64,000 nucleotides of DNA, taken from assembly GCA_016235585.1 (NCBI GenBank), contig JACRJY010000098.1, positions 8,810-72,809 on the forward strand. The letters are read 5' to 3'. The position numbers and the translations under genes were made by a program. Of the stretch, positions 1-9,000 are shown piece by piece. Within the stretch, counting starts at the first letter, position 1, and each line of letters begins with the position of its first letter. The stretch comes from Verrucomicrobiota bacterium (GTDB lineage: Bacteria; Verrucomicrobiota; Verrucomicrobiia; Limisphaerales; JACRJY01). The notes beneath the pieces were generated by a model. It did no database searches. It had not been told where the DNA came from and saw only the letters and a program-made list of their open reading frames with translations.

Positions 1-81
1 GGCGCGGGTAAAACGGGGGACGGATGAATGTCGCCTACGACCAAGCGAATGCCCTGTGGTTTGGTTGTTTCTTGCAGCGGG

Positions 82-756
82 TTAAGTGGTTTCATTGTCC
101 GGTATCATTGCGCCGCAGCCATCGTAGCGGATGCCAAGCTTGGCAGCTAAATCGCAAAACGCTCTGGTCTGGTCTTGGAGTTTCTCAAGTGACCAAGTCC
201 CCTTCTTGACCGCTGAAACTTCCCATTTTTTGAACATCCATAAAGTTCGAGTTCTGCAAATCTGAATCTGACTCATGCCAGCCTGACGCAAAGTATCTGC
301 TAACTTTTGGGCAGCAGTCTCGTCAGTAGTGTGAAAAAAGAAATCCACGGAAAGAGTCGTGTTTTCGGTGACGCCAGACTCCTGCCATTGCTGCCAAAGC
401 GATTCATCTTTCGCTAATTCGCCTTCAAGCGACGAGTCTACTCTGTATGCTTTCAGAATTGCGGCGTCGAACCGACTGGCAAGTGTGAGGAACTCGTCTC
501 CCCAGTCGCTGGGGACACTGACCCTTTGAATTGGGCCGCTCGCCAGAAATAGAGTCTCGATCTCCGTTCGATTCGGTAACTCACCACTCTCAATGCGTGA
601 GATAAGACTATCAATCTCACGAAATGCTGCTGTGGCGTCCTCCCAAGAAGCCAAAGAAAAGTTGTTTCCTGATCGCCCCAGCAACTTTCGCGCTTCGTGC
701 AAAACTTCAATAAGTCTGTGGTGCGTCGCTTTCACTTGCCACGCTCGAACACCCAT
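82..756 (-). CDS. hypothetical protein with C-terminal RraB-like (regulator of ribonuclease activity B family) domain
   Basis: ORF 82..882 trimmed to the Met at 756, because the upstream Arg/Ala-rich part overlaps the end of the neighbouring ligase gene. Visibly AT-richer than its flanks. The C-terminal half (VDFFFHTTDETAAQKLADTLRQAG ... IRYDGCGA) resembles the RraB-family pattern that ends in YDGWG. Confidence 0.45.
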   Translation of the reverse strand: MGVRAWQVKATHHRLIEVLHEARKLLGRSGNNFSLASWEDATAAFREIDSLISRIESGELPNRTEIETLFLASGPIQRVSVPSDWGDEFLTLASRFDAAILKAYRVDSSLEGELAKDESLWQQWQESGVTENTTLSVDFFFHTTDETAAQKLADTLRQAGMSQIQICRTRTLWMFKKWEVSAVKKGTWSLEKLQDQTRAFCDLAAKLGIRYDGCGAMIPDNETT

Positions 757-2042
757 CGCTTGGCCTTCGCCTCGAAGCGCGGCAGCGCGCCGGGCGGCGT
801 GGCGCTCACCGGCACGCGCAACGACAGCGCGGTGTGGAAGCGCCGTTCCAGCTTGGCGGCCAATGCGGGCGCGTCGGCGCAACCGGGCGTTGGCTCGATT
901 TCCACGCGCAGTTCCGTCATCGCGTTCGCGGTGGCGACGTGGACGCGGTATTCCGCCACGCCGCCGAGGTCGTGGATGATTTCATCCACGGCGCTGGGAT
1001 AGATGTTCATGCCGCGCACCACCACCATGTCGTCCACGCGGCCCAGGATGCCGCCTTCGAGCGCGAGAAATAGCTCGGCGTCGCGCGCGCCGAGCGTCGC
1101 GGGCCTGGCCCTCACCAAGTCGCCCGTGCGATAGCGGAGCAGAGGAGAGCCGGTGCGGCCGAGATTGGTGAGAACGAGTTCGCCGGGTTCGCCGGGCGCT
1201 ACGGGCTGGAGGGTCTGCGGATGGATGATTTCGGCGATGTAGGAACTCTCAATGACCCGCAGCGCACAGGGCCGCGCGGGGTCTTCGTAGCTCACGGGGC
1301 CGATTTCCGTCATGCCGTGGTGGTCGTGGACGCGTGCACCGGGCCAGAGCGCCTGGAGGCGTTCGCGCACGGCGGGAATGCAGCCGCCCGGCTCGCCCGC
1401 GACGCTCAAGAGGCGCACGGGGGATTTGCGCAAATCCATTTTTTCCTGCGCCGCGACTTCGGCGAGGTGAATGGCGTAAGTCGGCGTGCAGCAGAGCACG
1501 GTGGCCTGTTGCTCAAGGATGTTCCGCAGCCGCGCCGCGCTGGTCATGCCGCCGCCGGGCAGCACGAGCGCGCCGATGCGCACCGCCGACTCGAACGCCG
1601 TCCAGAATCCGAGAAACGGCCCGAACGAGAACGCAAAAAAAATCCGGTCGTCGTGCGTGACACCACCGGCGCGATGGACGCGCTCCCAATTGCCGAGCAT
1701 CCATTCCCAGCTCTCGTTGGTGTCGAGCCAGCGCAACGGCGTGCCACTCGTGCCGCTGGTCTGGTGGCAGCGCGTGTAGCGGGCAAGCGGGAAAGTGAGG
1801 TTCGTGCCGTAAGGCGGATTCGCCGTCTGGTCGGCGACGATTTCCGATTTGGTCGTAAGCGGATAGCGCGCGGAAAAGTCCGCGAGGCTCGTGATGTCGC
1901 CGGGCTTTAGTCCCGCCGCCGCGAGTTTGCGCGTGTAAAACGGGTTGGCCGGCACGAGCGCGGCGAGCAGCGTGCGCAGTTGGGTGAACTGGTGCGCGGC
2001 GAGGGCGGCGCGGTTGGGGAATGTGTCGGGCATTCTAATCAA
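732..2042 (-). CDS. phenylacetate-CoA ligase family protein (PaaK / coenzyme F390 synthetase-like adenylate-forming enzyme)
   Basis: 436-aa ORF with adenylation motifs TSGTSGTP, GMTE, RYRTGD and VVVRGMNIYP. Length and order of motifs match the PaaK family. Confidence 0.85.
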   Translation of the reverse strand: MIRMPDTFPNRAALAAHQFTQLRTLLAALVPANPFYTRKLAAAGLKPGDITSLADFSARYPLTTKSEIVADQTANPPYGTNLTFPLARYTRCHQTSGTSGTPLRWLDTNESWEWMLGNWERVHRAGGVTHDDRIFFAFSFGPFLGFWTAFESAVRIGALVLPGGGMTSAARLRNILEQQATVLCCTPTYAIHLAEVAAQEKMDLRKSPVRLLSVAGEPGGCIPAVRERLQALWPGARVHDHHGMTEIGPVSYEDPARPCALRVIESSYIAEIIHPQTLQPVAPGEPGELVLTNLGRTGSPLLRYRTGDLVRARPATLGARDAELFLALEGGILGRVDDMVVVRGMNIYPSAVDEIIHDLGGVAEYRVHVATANAMTELRVEIEPTPGCADAPALAAKLERRFHTALSLRVPVSATPPGALPRFEAKAKRWVFERGK

Positions 2043-2050
2043 TCAATTCA

Positions 2051-2115
2051 GCCGCAAAGAACGCAAGGAAACGCAAAGAGGGAAATTCTTTGCGTGACTT
2101 TGTGTTCTTTGCGGC
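2051..2115. repeat. REP-like nested hairpin (12-bp outer stem GCCGCAAAGAAC/GTTCTTTGCGGC, 8-bp inner stem ACGCAAAG/CTTTGCGT)
   Basis: Inverted repeats read directly from the sequence, in the gap between two minus-strand genes. No U-run follows, so it looks more like a REP than a terminator. Confidence 0.6.
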
Positions 2116-2144
2116 CATGAAAAATGTTTGGCCGAAGTTGCGGC

Positions 2145-2702
2145 CTACTTCCCCGGCGGATTCGCCGGGGCGGTCGGCGCGGCGGCAGGCTTTGCCGGCG
2201 CGGGCGGATTCGGTTTGTAGAGCGTGACGAGCGCGCCGCCGGTGAGGGCCAGCACGACGCCGAGGAAGAATTGCGGACGGATGCTGCCAAGTCCGCCGGC
2301 GGGCGGATGCAGCGCGATGGCGACGAGCGCGTTCACGACCGGCGCACCCGCGAAGACGATGGCCATGACCTCGGGCGGCTTGCCTTTCGCGCCGAAGGCC
2401 AGCAGCACGCCGAACGCGCCGATGGCCCCGACGATGCCCGCGATGAGCGACCACACCCAGCCGCTCGTGGTGTAGCCGCTGAAGGCCGCGCCCTTGCTCA
2501 TCAGCAGCGCGAGCGGCGCGAGCACGGCGGTGAGGAAGTAGGCGATGCCGACGAAGAGGAACGCCTTGTAGCGCCCGTTGACCGGGTCGCCCATCGAGGT
2601 CTGCCCGATGTGCAGGAAGATGCCATAGACGCCCCAGGAGACGACGGTGAGCAGCGAGAAGTAAAGCCAGGCGAGGCCGGGCGCGGTGGAATTTTCAGCC
2701 AT
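2145..2702 (-). CDS. small integral membrane protein, family unknown
   Basis: 185-aa ORF with about 5 hydrophobic helices (LAWLYFSLLTVVSWGVYGIFL, AFLFVGIAYFLTAVLAPLALL and others) and a Pro/Ala-rich C-terminal tail. High GC3. Confidence 0.6.
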   Translation of the reverse strand: MAENSTAPGLAWLYFSLLTVVSWGVYGIFLHIGQTSMGDPVNGRYKAFLFVGIAYFLTAVLAPLALLMSKGAAFSGYTTSGWVWSLIAGIVGAIGAFGVLLAFGAKGKPPEVMAIVFAGAPVVNALVAIALHPPAGGLGSIRPQFFLGVVLALTGGALVTLYKPNPPAPAKPAAAPTAPANPPGK

Positions 2703-2781
2703 AAGTTTGTCCGTTAATTTTTCGCATCATAGTCGGCGGAAAACTTTACTTCAAATGCTTTGTCGGCGTAGCTTTGCCGCG

Positions 2782-3219
2782 ATGAAGCACGCTATCGTCG
2801 GAATTGTTTTTCTCGCCGCGCTGCTGTTCGGCGGCTGCGCGACCTCCACCATCCAAAGCCGCCGGCTGGAGCGGCTCGCAGCTTACGACGCGCTGCCGCC
2901 GGAGACGCGGGCGTTTGTGGACCAGGGGCAAATCCGCGTGGGCATGAGCGCGGACGCGGTCTATATCGCGTGGGGAGCGCCGGCGCAAATCCTCCAGAGC
3001 GAGAGCGGCGCGGGCGTCACGACCACGTGGCTGTATCACGAGACGGTGTTGCGCGAGCGCACCCGCTGGCACTACCGCACAGTGACGCGCGGGCATCTCG
3101 TTTTTCTGGAGCGCTGCCCGGAGCGCGAGGCCGAGGCGGGCAGCTACGTGAGTGCGCAAATCACTTTTGTCAACGGCGCGGTGAGCACCTGGCAGACGCT
3201 GCCGCGGCCGGTGTATTGA
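2782..3219 (+). CDS. putative lipoprotein
   Basis: The internal Met at 2782 gives MKHAIVGIVFLAALLFGGC, a signal peptide with a lipobox-type Cys. The rest is soluble with no recognised family. Confidence 0.6.
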   Translation: MKHAIVGIVFLAALLFGGCATSTIQSRRLERLAAYDALPPETRAFVDQGQIRVGMSADAVYIAWGAPAQILQSESGAGVTTTWLYHETVLRERTRWHYRTVTRGHLVFLERCPEREAEAGSYVSAQITFVNGAVSTWQTLPRPVY

Positions 3220-3267
3220 TTTGAATTGCCCCACGGCCCACGACAGTCCAACGCGCACAGTCCAATT

Positions 3268-5859
3268 ATGCAAACACTCCTCCGTCCCGCGCTCTTTTCG
3301 CTCGCCTTGAGCATCGCCACTTGTTTTCAACTCGCCGCCGCGCCCGAGGCGTTTGAAATCGGGCCGGACAACAAGGATCAGCTCCCGCGCGGCAAGGAGG
3401 CCGACGGCATCATCGGCGACTTCGTGCTGCGGAACCGCCGCGTCGAGGCTGTCATCTCGGCGAATGTGCCGCTGCGCCGCGCGAACATGAGCACCTTCTA
3501 CGGCACCAACGGTGTCACGCCCGGCTGCCTCTATGACCTCACGCTGCGCGGCGCGAACAATGATCAGATCGTCGTCTTCACGCCGTCGGGCCAGCAGGGT
3601 TTTGTTTCCTACGTGCGCGTGGCGAAGGACGGGCGCGACGGCGAGGCGGTGATCGAGACGGTCATTTCCGCCGCGATGAACAACGGCGTCTACAAGCGGC
3701 ACGAATACCGTTTGCGCGACGACTGGCAGGGATTGCTCATCGTCACCACGATGCGGAACGACGGCAAGACCGCGCGCAAGGGCACGGTGGAGGATCGCTG
3801 GACGAAGTTCGCGACCAACGGCGTCGCGGGCGACATCACCTGGGCCGATGCCGAAGACCCGGCGGACAAATGCGGCTACGCCTACGCGTGGATCGAGCGC
3901 GACGGGATGAAAGCGCCGCCGAAGGAAATTGAAATCAAGCCGGGCGAGCAAATTTCCTTCGCACGGTTTCTTGCGGTCGGCACCTCGCCGGCGGAGGCGC
4001 TTGGTGTCGTCGCGGCGCAGCGGGGTGCGGTTGGATATGTTTCCGCAAAAATCACAAATCCGCAGCGCGAGCCCCTTCCGACTGTGCGGGTTTGGTTTTC
4101 CATCAGCGGAAAAAATATCGTCGCTTACCCCGACGCTCTGGGAAAATTCAAAATTCAGTTGCCGCCGGACAGTTATGAAGTGGAAGTAGAAGATTTTGGT
4201 GCCAAACTGCCGAAATTCATTCGCACGGTGAAGGTCGGCGAGGAAGAAAAAATCTCTGTCACAATGTTCTCCGCTCCGGCCATCTTTTTTGATATCCGCG
4301 ATGAGTTGGGCAAAAGCATCCCTTGCAAGGTTCAATTCAAAGGCATCGACGGCACACCTTCGCCGCAGCTCGGCCCGCAGAACCGTGCGCACGGCTGCGT
4401 GGATCAGTATCATTCCGAGCGCGGCGATTTCCGCGTAAATGTGCCGGAAGGCGAATACGAAGTCGTGGTTACGCACGGCATCGAGTTCAGCCACCTCAAG
4501 CAACGCGTGAGGGCGGGAAGACATATTGGTGCTTCTGTTAAAGGCACACTAATACGTCTCGTGGACACGCGCGGCTGGGTCAGCGCGGATTATCACAACC
4601 ACTCCACGCCCAGCGGCGACAACACCTGCGGCACCGACGACCGCATCATCAACCTCGCCGCCGAGCACATCGAGTTCGCGCCGACGACGGAGCACAACCG
4701 GCTCTACGACTGGCGTCCGCACATCGAGCGGCTCGGCCTTGCGCGCGAAATCCAGACCGTCAGCGGCATGGAACTCACCGGCGGCGGCGCGCACTTCAAT
4801 TCATTTCCGTTCACGCCGGAGCCGTTCACGCAGGACAACGGCGCGCCGGTGTGGAGCAAAGACCCGCGCATCACCGCTGTCACGCTGCGGAATCATCAGG
4901 GCGAAAATCCCGACCGCTGGATTCAGATCAACCATCCCGACATGGTGGAGAACTTCATTGACCGTGACGGCGACGGGCGCGAGGACGGCGGCTTTCTCGG
5001 TTTGCCGTCGTTGATTGACGGCGTGGAGACGCAGAACTACAGCACGGCGCAGATTCTCTCCAAAGCGCCGTTCACGATTACGCGCGACATTCGCACGGGC
5101 AAGGAGTCGGTGAACTATCTGCGTGAGTTCATCTGGCTGCAATTGCTCAATCGCGGCCATCGCTACTGGGGCATGGCGGTGTGCGACGCGCACACGGTCT
5201 ATGGCAACGGCGTCGGCGGCTGGCGGATGTATATGCCCAGTTCCACGGACGAACCGGCGCTGATTGACTGGAAGGAAAATTCCCGCAACGCGCGCGCGGG
5301 CCGGAGCATTCTCACCAGCGGGCCGTTCCTCGAAGTGAAGACCGAGGACGGCACGCTCGCTGGCGGACAGACGCGCGCCATCGGCGGCGGCGTGAAGCTG
5401 CGCGTGAAAGTGCAGTGCACGGACTGGCTGGACATTGACCGCGTGCAGGTGCTGGTGAACGGGCGGCAGCGCGCCGACTTGAATTTCACGCGCGCGTCGC
5501 ACCCGGAGTTTTTTCAGAATGGCGTGGTGAAGTTTGACCGCGAGATCACCGTGCCGTTGAGCCAGGACAGCCATCTCATCGTCGTCGCCATCGGCGAAAA
5601 CTCCGATCTCTCGATTGGTTACGGCACGAGCGGTCAGGCGAAGATCAAGCCGTGCGCCTACAACAATCCCATCTTCGTGGACGTGGACGGCGGCGGCTTC
5701 ACGCCGAACGGCGACACGCTCGGCTGGCCATTGCCGGTGAAAAAGCTGAACGTGGACGAGGTAAAGAAGCAGCTCGCCAACGCCGACGCCAAACCGGCGG
5801 CCCCCGCGTCCGCGCCGGAAATCAAGAAGAGCACGAAGGCTGGCAAGGCGAAGAAGTGA
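3268..5859 (+). CDS. secreted PHP-fold (CehA/McbA-like) metal-dependent hydrolase family protein
   Basis: The Met at 3268 gives the signal peptide MQTLLRPALFSLALSIATCFQLAAA. His/Asp clusters ADYHNHSTPSGDN, TTEHN, INHPD and CDAH are typical of PHP/CehA-McbA hydrolases. Lys-rich C-terminal tail. Confidence 0.6.
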   Translation: MQTLLRPALFSLALSIATCFQLAAAPEAFEIGPDNKDQLPRGKEADGIIGDFVLRNRRVEAVISANVPLRRANMSTFYGTNGVTPGCLYDLTLRGANNDQIVVFTPSGQQGFVSYVRVAKDGRDGEAVIETVISAAMNNGVYKRHEYRLRDDWQGLLIVTTMRNDGKTARKGTVEDRWTKFATNGVAGDITWADAEDPADKCGYAYAWIERDGMKAPPKEIEIKPGEQISFARFLAVGTSPAEALGVVAAQRGAVGYVSAKITNPQREPLPTVRVWFSISGKNIVAYPDALGKFKIQLPPDSYEVEVEDFGAKLPKFIRTVKVGEEEKISVTMFSAPAIFFDIRDELGKSIPCKVQFKGIDGTPSPQLGPQNRAHGCVDQYHSERGDFRVNVPEGEYEVVVTHGIEFSHLKQRVRAGRHIGASVKGTLIRLVDTRGWVSADYHNHSTPSGDNTCGTDDRIINLAAEHIEFAPTTEHNRLYDWRPHIERLGLAREIQTVSGMELTGGGAHFNSFPFTPEPFTQDNGAPVWSKDPRITAVTLRNHQGENPDRWIQINHPDMVENFIDRDGDGREDGGFLGLPSLIDGVETQNYSTAQILSKAPFTITRDIRTGKESVNYLREFIWLQLLNRGHRYWGMAVCDAHTVYGNGVGGWRMYMPSSTDEPALIDWKENSRNARAGRSILTSGPFLEVKTEDGTLAGGQTRAIGGGVKLRVKVQCTDWLDIDRVQVLVNGRQRADLNFTRASHPEFFQNGVVKFDREITVPLSQDSHLIVVAIGENSDLSIGYGTSGQAKIKPCAYNNPIFVDVDGGGFTPNGDTLGWPLPVKKLNVDEVKKQLANADAKPAAPASAPEIKKSTKAGKAKK

Positions 5860-6016
5860 GCGCGCGGCTGCCGCCGATGACGGCTTTCCCGGCGGGGAAT
5901 CTTTTCGGGCGCAACCCCTTCTGCGGCGCGCGGTTTGGCGGGCGGAAATCCCGGTATTTTTGCGGAATGAATAACTAGTTGATTCGCGGGACGTTTTACC
6001 TTACAAAAAGCCCCCT

Positions 6017-9000
6017 ATGAAGATTTCAAAATCGCTGTTGGCCATCATTTGCCTGAGCCTGTTGTGCTGCTGGAGTCCGATTGCGCTGCGCGGCGCGCGG
6101 GCCGCCACCACCGAGGACAAGGCCGCCAAGGCGGCGGCCAAGCAGGCCAAGGCCGAGGAGGAAGCCCGTAAAAAGGCTCTCGCCAAGGCCAAGGAAGAAG
6201 CCGAGGCCCGCGCCAAGGCCGAGGCCAAGCTGAAGGAGGAACTCCGCAAAAAGGCCGAGGCCGAGGCCAAAAAAATCGCCGACGCCAAAAAGGCCGCCGC
6301 CGCCAAGGCCGCCGCCGAAGCCGCCAAAAAGGCCAAAGCCGAGGCGGACGCCGCGAAAAATTCCGGAGCCAAGGCCAAGGAAGAAGCCGCCAAAAAAGCC
6401 AAAGCCGAGGCCGACGCCAAGCGCGCCGCCGAGTTGAAGGCCAAGGCGGAAGCCGACGCCAAGAAAAAGGCCGAAGCCGAAGCGAAGAAAAAAGCCGAGG
6501 CCAAGGCCAAGGCCGACGCGGAAGCCAAGAAGAAAGCCGAAGCCAAGGCGAAAGAGGAAGCCGCCAAAAAAGCCAAGGCCAGCACTCCGACGAAGACCAC
6601 GGCCACCACGCAAAAATCTTCCGGCAGCAAGCAGACCTCCACCAAGAGCGCGGCTTCCGCCCCGGCCCGCTCCTCCGGCCAGCCCGGCGCGGTTCTCGAC
6701 GAGGAGGCCGCCGCCAAGGCGCGCGCGCTCGCCCGCACGCGCGAAGAGGCGCTGATCGCCGCCGAGGCCGATGCCAAGGCCGAGTTGCTCGCGCGTGTTC
6801 GCGGCGCCGGTTCTGTTCGCAGCCGCGCCGACGCCCCGCGCCCCGCTGACACGAAGGCACCGGCCAAGACGACTTCCACCAAGAGCACCTCGCAGCCCTC
6901 CAAGTCCACGACCACCAAGCCGACGACCTCTGGCACTCCCTCCAAGTCCTCCATGGATGCCAAGGCCAAGGCTGACGCCGACGCGAAAAAGAAAGCCGAA
7001 GTCAAGGCCAAGGAAGACGCCGCCAAGAAAGCCAAGCTGGAGGCCGAAGCCAAACGGAAGGCGGAAGCCGACGCGAAAAAGAAAGCCGAGGCCAAGGCCA
7101 AGGCCGACGCCGAGGCGCTGAAAAAGGCCGAGGCCAAGGCCAAGATGGATGCGGAAGTCCAGAAACGCATGGCGGCCAAGGCGGCGGCGCAGCCTTCCAC
7201 CACACCGCCCTCCGCTCCCGCCAAGCCGGCGGCTCCTTACACGCCGCCGCCGACCTTCACTCCGTCCGTTCCGCCCACGGCTGGCAAGTCCGCCGCCGTT
7301 CTTTCTGCGGAAGAAAAAGGCCGCGCCGCCGCCGCCGCGAAAGTCGAACAGGCGAACCGCGAGGCTCGCGCCATGCAGGAATACAAGAGCACCAAGGCCG
7401 CCGAGGACGCCCGCAAGCAGGCCGAGTCAAAGGCCAAGGTGGACGAATACAAGAAGGCCATCGCCGAGCGCGACGCGCGTCTCGCCGCCGAGCGCGCGGC
7501 CTATCAGCAGGCCCTCGATGAGGCCCGTGCCGCGCGCGATCCGAAATTCAAGGCCGAACTTGAAGCCAAAAACGCCCGCGCCGCCGCTCAAAAAGCCAAG
7601 GCCGAGGAAGCCGCCCGCAAGAAGATGGCTGAAGAAATCCAGCGTCAGGCCCAGAAGGAAGCCGCCGAGCGCCTGAAGGCCGAAGCCAAGGCCCGCGAAG
7701 CCGCCACCGCCCAGATGAAGGCCGAGGAGGCGGCGCGCAAAAAAGCCGCTGACGAAGCCGCCAAGAAAGCCAGGGCGGATGCCAAAGCTTCCGCCACCAA
7801 AGCCCCTGTCGTCAAAGCCCCCGCTGCCAAAGCCCCTTCAAAACCGTCAGCCACCACCACCTTGCCGCCGTCCAAGCCCGCGACTCCGAAATCCGTGGCG
7901 ATGACCGTTGAGCAGCGCAAGGCCGAAGAAGCCGCGCGTCAGGAAGCCGCCAAGCGTGCCAAAGCCGAAGCCAAAGCCCGTGAAGCCGCCGCCGCCCAAA
8001 TGAAGGCCGAGGAGGCGGCGCGCAAAAAGGCCGCCGAAGCCGCCGCCAAGAAAGCCAAAGCCGATGCCGCGATGACTCCCAGCCAGAAGGCCAAGGCGCA
8101 GGAGGCCGCGCGCAAACAGGCCGAAGACGAAGCCAGAAAAGCGGCCGAGGCCCGCGAAAAGGCCGCCAAGGCCGAAGCCAAGGCCCGCGAGGAAGCAGCC
8201 AAGAAAGTCATGGCGCAGCAAAAAGCCGCCGCCGCCGCGCCCTCCGCCGAAGCCAAGGCCCGCGAGAAGGCCCGCCTCGAAGCCGAGAAACGCGCCAAGG
8301 CCGAGGAGGCCGACCGCGCCAAGGCCGCCGAAGCCGCGATTATCAAAGCCAAGGCCGACGAAGCCGCCCGCTCCAAGGCCCGCATGGTTGCGCTCGAAGA
8401 AGACACCCGCCGCCGCCGGGTGGAGGCCGACTTCCACAAGTCCACCGACACCCAGATGCGATCCGCCACCGAGCAGACCCTCACCCGCAACCGCGTGGAC
8501 GACGACGAGGCGGCCATGCAGCGCAAGGCCGACGAGATCAACCGCCTCTTTCTCCGCAAGGAGTCCGAGGCCGCTGCGCGCGCCGCCGCCGAGCCCACCT
8601 TCATCACCCCGCGCTCCCGCGACCGGGAAACCATGGACGCCCGCAGCCAGCTTGAGCTTGGCAAGGCGGCGGCCAAGGCCCGCGCCGACGCCGACCGTCA
8701 GTCCAAGGCCGAGATGGACGCGCGCAAAGCCGCCGAGCTGGCCCGCGCCCGCGCCGAGGCCAAAGTCCGCGAAGACGCCACCCAGAGTGAATCCCGAATG
8801 CGTGCCGAGGCCGCCCGCAAGGCCAAGGCCGAAATTGACGCCCGCAAGGCCGCCGAGGAAAAAGCGCGGGCGATGGCCAGACAACAGGAAGAGCAGCGCA
8901 AAGACGCCGCCGCCGAGGCGAAGAAAAAAGCCGACCAGATGAAGAAGGCCGAGATGGAAGCCAAGGCCAAGGCCGAGACGGACGCGAAGAAACGCGCCGA

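Noticed and set aside
2746-4524. 592-aa minus-strand ORF antisense to the lipoprotein and PHP-hydrolase genes
   Set aside because: Arg/Ala/Gly-rich with no motif. It lies entirely opposite well-supported genes and is a typical GC3-driven shadow ORF in a high-GC genome.
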